Shown: positions 58,746-64,000 of the stretch, piece by piece | Position numbering within the stretch: position 1 is the first letter of the stretch | Layout: each line of letters opens with the position of its first letter | DNA from: a virus | DNA length: 64,000 bases | Reading direction: 5' to 3' (one strand) | Virus record (IMG/VR): IMGVR_UViG_3300031772_000001 | Location: 103,661-167,660 of that record | Program-made: the position numbers and the translations under genes | Notes under the pieces: model-generated | Databases searched by the model: none | What the model was told of the DNA's origin: nothing | The model's input: the letters and a program-made list of their open reading frames with translations, nothing else

Positions 58746-60575
58746 CTATGCTATTGCTTCTTTAGAGATATTCCCATTAACATCCACAGTCGTATTTACA
58801 GTAACTTGATTCCCACCAGTACCCATCAAAATTGTCTTTGGTTTCTGGTTGGTATGCCTGTCAGTAACCTCTCGACTATAGATAACATCCTTCATAAACG
58901 TCTTTGAATTAGCACTTATATCAACTGTCTCACCATCAAGAGTTGACTTAACATCACTCCCTGTAAAGTTTAGTAAGTCTGTCTTTGCCTTAATATCAAC
59001 AGTATTTGAAAGTATGTTATGAATATCAACCGCATCAGCCTCAGTTATCTTCTCAGAAGACCGCACCTGCTGAACTGAAACTGCACTCAACAAATAATCA
59101 AAAAACACATTTATTGAGGCCTTTGCATCGGTACTAAGAACAGAATAGATGTACACATACCTACCAACACCTGTCCTTGTCATAGGACTTGATGGAATAA
59201 GAACAGTTCCAGTAGAAGTTATTATTGTTATATGGACATTATTCGCATCCGGGTCCATAGGCAATCCTGTAAGATCAAACAACCTAACATAAACATTGTA
59301 GGTATTAGATCCAGCATCAGGAATAATCATAGGACTATCAACAATACCTACAAAATTCGTACTATTCTGAATATTGGAAATTGCATTCAGAATAACAGAC
59401 TGTGAAGCAGGATCAGAGGGAAGATTGGTTGTCTTTGTACCAATACCACCAAGAAGATCATCCACGGAACCAGAAACAGGAGCACCAACAGAAGGAGCAA
59501 GTTTCATTGCGTCCCTTACCTGCTGCTGATTTATAGAAGATGATGAAACAGTAGCATCGACAGGAAAACGGTAAGGTAAACAACCAACTGCCTCTACAAC
59601 ACACTGATACAGAACAGGCTGTTCAAATTCAGGATTACCAAACTGAATCCAATAATTGCCCTTACCAGACTCCTGTAAGTCGCATTGCCAATCCTGAAGA
59701 TTTAACCTTGGAATCATAACCTCAGTCAAAGACAACCTACCCCAAATATACTGCTTAGATAAATATGCAGATACACAATACTGAGAATAAGGAGAATAAG
59801 GACTACTTGGAGGTGTAAACCCAGAAACCCACCGAGCATACCTATCAACATGGACCTCATCAATCCAACCATCAAAGCCAACAGGACTGCCAGACCCATA
59901 AGCACCGAAAAACAAATGTGTGGTAACAGAATAAAAGTTCAAATACCCACTTCCAGAAGAACAGGCTAAAACATCACTCCCAACCAATGTTCCGTCTCTG
60001 AAAAAATAATGTGTTGTTCCACTCTTAACATAAGCTACATGATACCAAACTCCAGTATTAACAACAAAACCAGAATCATTTATGTTTATAGAACTACCAC
60101 CCATCATCCCTAGCACAGACAAATTAAGATGCCCAGAAGCATCTACAGTTATTGATATAATACGGTCACTAATAATAGCAGTTCCAGCAAGATGCCTTAT
60201 TGCAGAAGGAACCGTATCAAACATTATCCAAAAATCAAGAGTAAAATCATACTGTATTGCATTTGCTTGGGGCTTTGTTTTATTCCCAAGCTCCCAATCA
60301 ATCGAAACTGGATAAACAAAATATTTATTGTTCATCCTCAAAGAGGAGGAACCAAACTTATATTGGGCAGTATCAATAGTCGGGGAATTTGAAGCATATA
60401 CAACATTACTTCTTAAAGAGGAATCAGTAATATTTGTACTTCCGAGAATATCCTCGAAATGAAGAAGCAGTCTTGTCTCCAAAGGAAACAACCCTAGCAC
60501 AGAAGTCTTAAAATCTGTTTCATCAATAAGAGCTACAGGGAAAAACTGGTCTACTCCAACTTCGCCTTTGAACAT
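58746..60575 (-). CDS. virion protein with inserted LamG/concanavalin-like domain
   Basis: LLLHFE..KFGSSS..DFTLDFW..WYHVAYVK..FDGWIDEV..ARW..FTPPSSPY. Confidence 0.8.
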   Translation of the reverse strand: MFKGEVGVDQFFPVALIDETDFKTSVLGLFPLETRLLLHFEDILGSTNITDSSLRSNVVYASNSPTIDTAQYKFGSSSLRMNNKYFVYPVSIDWELGNKTKPQANAIQYDFTLDFWIMFDTVPSAIRHLAGTAIISDRIISITVDASGHLNLSVLGMMGGSSININDSGFVVNTGVWYHVAYVKSGTTHYFFRDGTLVGSDVLACSSGSGYLNFYSVTTHLFFGAYGSGSPVGFDGWIDEVHVDRYARWVSGFTPPSSPYSPYSQYCVSAYLSKQYIWGRLSLTEVMIPRLNLQDWQCDLQESGKGNYWIQFGNPEFEQPVLYQCVVEAVGCLPYRFPVDATVSSSSINQQQVRDAMKLAPSVGAPVSGSVDDLLGGIGTKTTNLPSDPASQSVILNAISNIQNSTNFVGIVDSPMIIPDAGSNTYNVYVRLFDLTGLPMDPDANNVHITIITSTGTVLIPSSPMTRTGVGRYVYIYSVLSTDAKASINVFFDYLLSAVSVQQVRSSEKITEADAVDIHNILSNTVDIKAKTDLLNFTGSDVKSTLDGETVDISANSKTFMKDVIYSREVTDRHTNQKPKTILMGTGGNQVTVNTTVDVNGNISKEAIA

Positions 60576-60602
60576 ACTCTATCCCCTAAGTATGATTTCC
60601 TA

Positions 60603-60935
60603 CTAATAGTTAGGACACTTGAACTTCACCCTACCACAAACAATCGTGTGCTTCTTATTGATAGGATCACCACCATTCTCAACCCAAAGACTAAATTTCT
60701 GACTTGAAATAAAAGTCAGGGTATCCTCTTTCAGAAGATGTAATATACCCTTACCATTCATGGTATCAGTTATATCTACCTGAGTAGGATCATAAGAAGA
60801 CTTAGAAACACTTCCGCTGGAAAACATCACAGTCCACCCATTCAAGTCAAAAGGATTCCCAGAAGAATCAAGGACAGAAAATGATACGTCCGAAGAATCT
60901 CCTTTAATAACAACTAAATCTCGCGCTATAGACAT
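60603..60935 (-). CDS. BppU-N-like structural protein
   Basis: IKGDS..FSVLD..G.PFDLNGWTV..GKGILHL..EDT. Confidence 0.65.
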   Translation of the reverse strand: MSIARDLVVIKGDSSDVSFSVLDSSGNPFDLNGWTVMFSSGSVSKSSYDPTQVDITDTMNGKGILHLLKEDTLTFISSQKFSLWVENGGDPINKKHTIVCGRVKFKCPNY

Positions 60936-60962
60936 CGCACATACCTCTATAATACAAGTATA

Positions 60963-63900
60963 TTAAGTACAAATATCGTGGACCTCACCAAAGATGCTTA
61001 CAGCATCAACAGAACTCTTCCACTCTGTTTTATCCACGTCAGCCCCGTCAAAGGACAGGCTATCAATTGTTCCTGAGAAACAAAACGCTTCTTTTCGTAC
61101 TTCCGCTCTTGAAAACTCATCAACAAATATAGAGTCTTCTGCGAACGGATTAAGAACTGGACCGAACCCTTTTACAAATTCCTGCACCAAGACATCATCG
61201 AACACAGAGACATTAAATGTCAAGTAGACATCAGAAGAATCAGACAGACTAATTATCTCAAACACCGAAGTATTTATTGACAAACTAACAAACAAGTTAT
61301 CTTGTGTAGATATATCATCAAATACTGATATATCACCAGTTGTCATTAACGAAGTAAGCAACTCAAAGACTGAAACTCTCTCATAGACAACACCAGCAAG
61401 AGGAACTTCTACATTATCCTGATCGGTAATAGTAACTATATCAGAAACAAATATAGCAGGCAAGCGAATCCGTGAATTACAGTAATCATTAACTGAAATA
61501 TCTTCATAAGAAAATACTGTAGGTAAAGGATTACTTACTGAAATATAATCTCTTACAAGAACACTATCACGAACACTAACTTTACCAAGAAGAATTTCTG
61601 CCTCAACAAACTCCGAAAGGTAAACATCATCCGTAACAAACACCGAAGGAAGCACGCACCGAGTTAGTAATAACTCCCCAATATGTACTGCATCAAATAC
61701 GCTTACCCCACTCAACGGATTCTTAGCAGATACAACTTCTGAAACATAAACAAAATCAAAAACAAACACACTAGGCAAAGGCAACTGCATTCCAACAAAC
61801 TCAATAACAGACACATCATCTATAACATAAGCACCACTCAACGGATTCTTAATAGAAACAACTTCCGAAACATGAATAATATCAAAGACAAACACACTTT
61901 GCAAAGGAGCATCAACATTCACATACTCATGTACAGAAACAACATCAAAAACACTTACACCATATAAGGGCAGATTAGAGAACACAGACTCTTGAACAGT
62001 AATAGAGTCGGCGGAATTTGCGGGGAGTACAATTGGGTTTACAGTAAGTAAATCGGAGACATGAACAATATCAAAAACACTAACACCGGGAATTAGATTA
62101 TCAACATATATCTGATCAAAAACCCCAACAAAATCAACTACAGCCACTCCGGGCAACAAAGACTTCGCATCCACAAACTCCATCAAAGAAACATCATCAA
62201 AAACCACTCCCAAAGACAAAAGAATCTTAGCAGAAATAAAATCAATCACATGAACAGCATCAAAGACACTAATCCCATGCAAAGGACTGTCAACAAACAA
62301 ACTCTCACTTACAGCCATATAATCAGATGTACTTATACCAACCAGCGGTAACTCATGCTGTATGTACTCGTAAAAGAAAATAACATCAAAAACAGACATG
62401 TAAATAAAAGGATTAGAACAAACAGCATTATCAATCAAACTCACAGAGTCGCTAACATAAATATTAACAGAAACATAAACATCAACAGCATCTACCACAG
62501 AAATAGTATCTTGAATAATAACAGGGGGAATCTCGATAATTACAAAAGAAACATCTCCAACACCTACATTATCAATTACTATCCCTCCTACAGCAACACT
62601 AGTCATCTCCGTCACTAAAATACCATCAAAGACACTTACTAATCCAAGCTCTTCTTCTAAAAACAAAATTTCTGAATGGTGTATCTCATCAAATACCAAC
62701 ACACTTCCAAGGTCTTCTCGTACATCTGAAAATTCATCAACAAATACAGAGTCGGATATGTTAATCTTTCCAAGATTTTCTATGTTTGTTATCTGTTCGC
62801 CTACAAAAACACCATCATAAACAAAAATATCGCCCAAACTCTCCGTCAAATTCAAAAATTCTTCTACTAACACAACATCAAAAATATCAACAAACCCAAG
62901 ATGCTCCTGAACACTTACAAACTCACTCACATAAACAAAATCAAATACGCTAATCTCTCCAAGGTCTTCTATAACGTCTGCATATTCATCAGTATTTAGT
63001 ATCTCAAATATTGAAATATCACCAAGATTTTCTTCCACATCCAAAAACTCACCAACAAACACAGAATCAAGTATCTCAACATACCCAAGATCCTCATTTG
63101 CCTCCAACAACTCCATCACAGAAATATCATCAGAAACAGATATATAACCAAGACCCTCTACTACATCCGAAAACTCATAGACTAACACATTATCAAATAC
63201 TGAAACATCTCCAAGATTTTCTGCCAAGTCAAGAACTTCAGACACATAAACACTATCAAAAATACTAACGTAACCAAGTTCTTCTTCTGCTACTAACGAC
63301 TCGTCTACAGATAAATCATCATAAACAAAAATATCCCCAAGATCCAAAACACCTACTACAACTAACTCAGAAGAATACACCAAATCAAAGACAGACACAT
63401 CACCGAGATTTTCTTTTACTTCCAATAACTCAAACAGGTCAACCAAATCAAATATTGAAATATTTCCAAGGTCTTCTCTTACTGACAATTCCTCATAAAT
63501 GGTAATATCATCAAAAACAAAAATACCCTCGGTAGACTCTATGCCATACAAACTCTCTGCCAAATGAACACCATCACTTACAGAAACATCTCCAAGATTT
63601 TCAACAAGAGACAGAAACTCTTCTGCGGCAATAGAGTCATTAACCGATATAACACCTAAACTCTCAACCACAGATAAAGCATCGCCTACAAACACCGAAT
63701 CGGTTACACTTACTCCTAAATTCTCCTTGCCTAAAACAAACTCATTAACAAAAACAGAATCAGAAGCAGCTACATCTCCCAGATTTTCAACAACACTTAG
63801 AACCTCACTAACAAGAACTTGATCAAAAACACTCACAAATCCAAGGTTTTCTTGGACAGTCAACTGCTCAAACGTGGTAACTGTATCAAAGATCGAAACA

Positions 63901-64000
63901 TTTCCAAGATTCTCTTGAACTGATAGCTGCTCAAAAGTGGTAACTGTATCAAAGATCGAAACATTTCCAAGATTCTCTTGAACTGATAGCTGCTCAAAAG
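60963..64000 (-). CDS. long acidic 21-aa-repeat virion protein (5'-truncated by window edge)
   Basis: About 40 degenerate VSVFD.V.V.E.L.V.E.LG units. The frame stays open past the track's TTG at 63863 to the edge. Confidence 0.8.
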   Translation of the reverse strand, partial: FEQLSVQENLGNVSIFDTVTTFEQLSVQENLGNVSIFDTVTTFEQLTVQENLGFVSVFDQVLVSEVLSVVENLGDVAASDSVFVNEFVLGKENLGVSVTDSVFVGDALSVVESLGVISVNDSIAAEEFLSLVENLGDVSVSDGVHLAESLYGIESTEGIFVFDDITIYEELSVREDLGNISIFDLVDLFELLEVKENLGDVSVFDLVYSSELVVVGVLDLGDIFVYDDLSVDESLVAEEELGYVSIFDSVYVSEVLDLAENLGDVSVFDNVLVYEFSDVVEGLGYISVSDDISVMELLEANEDLGYVEILDSVFVGEFLDVEENLGDISIFEILNTDEYADVIEDLGEISVFDFVYVSEFVSVQEHLGFVDIFDVVLVEEFLNLTESLGDIFVYDGVFVGEQITNIENLGKINISDSVFVDEFSDVREDLGSVLVFDEIHHSEILFLEEELGLVSVFDGILVTEMTSVAVGGIVIDNVGVGDVSFVIIEIPPVIIQDTISVVDAVDVYVSVNIYVSDSVSLIDNAVCSNPFIYMSVFDVIFFYEYIQHELPLVGISTSDYMAVSESLFVDSPLHGISVFDAVHVIDFISAKILLSLGVVFDDVSLMEFVDAKSLLPGVAVVDFVGVFDQIYVDNLIPGVSVFDIVHVSDLLTVNPIVLPANSADSITVQESVFSNLPLYGVSVFDVVSVHEYVNVDAPLQSVFVFDIIHVSEVVSIKNPLSGAYVIDDVSVIEFVGMQLPLPSVFVFDFVYVSEVVSAKNPLSGVSVFDAVHIGELLLTRCVLPSVFVTDDVYLSEFVEAEILLGKVSVRDSVLVRDYISVSNPLPTVFSYEDISVNDYCNSRIRLPAIFVSDIVTITDQDNVEVPLAGVVYERVSVFELLTSLMTTGDISVFDDISTQDNLFVSLSINTSVFEIISLSDSSDVYLTFNVSVFDDVLVQEFVKGFGPVLNPFAEDSIFVDEFSRAEVRKEAFCFSGTIDSLSFDGADVDKTEWKSSVDAVSIFGEVHDICT
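63864..64000. repeat. 63-bp near-perfect coding tandem repeat
   Basis: Unit encodes FEQLSVQENLGNVSIFDTVTT and continues off the edge. Confidence 0.9.

Noticed and set aside
973-63268. Numerous short plus-strand ORFs in the track
   Set aside because: They lie opposite well-supported minus-strand genes or RNAs and show no recognisable motifs.
63861-63863. TTG start for the 966-aa repeat ORF
   Set aside because: The frame and the repeat continue to the window edge, so the real start lies outside.
1-64000. Alternative genetic code (TAG or TGA reassignment)
   Set aside because: Core genes are full length under code 11, and all three stop codons end genes at expected C-termini.

Overview
This is a 64-kb segment of a large, T4-superfamily-like contractile-tailed phage. 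Essentially every gene is on the minus strand, tightly packed, in the standard genetic code. Read in transcription order (right to left): a 5'-truncated 21-aa-repeat virion protein and other accessory structural genes; a cassette with an intein-containing tandem MoxR-type AAA+ ATPase and a metallopeptidase-VWA partner; prohead protease fused to scaffold; major capsid protein; neck proteins; a cluster of small proteins sharing an N-terminal MSLLQ(E/D)(M/I)YE signal; tail terminator; fibre/lectin-domain proteins; tail sheath; a freestanding DUF559-type endonuclease; tail tube; tail chaperones; tape measure; a full baseplate/spike/PAAR set; tail fibres. Then come a 5'-3' exonuclease, a HAD phosphatase, a structured leader plus a tmRNA (ssrA) with an unusually long 30-codon tag, an SNF2 helicase, a degenerate DnaC-like protein and a DnaB-like helicase. 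No portal, terminase, CRISPR array, tRNA or rRNA was seen. The most notable candidates are (1) a possibly virion-packaged double-MoxR/VWA-peptidase machine tied to a capsid-targeting/protease-cleavage code, (2) the tmRNA with a non-canonical long tag, and (3) a bistable structured RNA upstream of it. All protein calls come from motif recognition by eye; no database searches were run.
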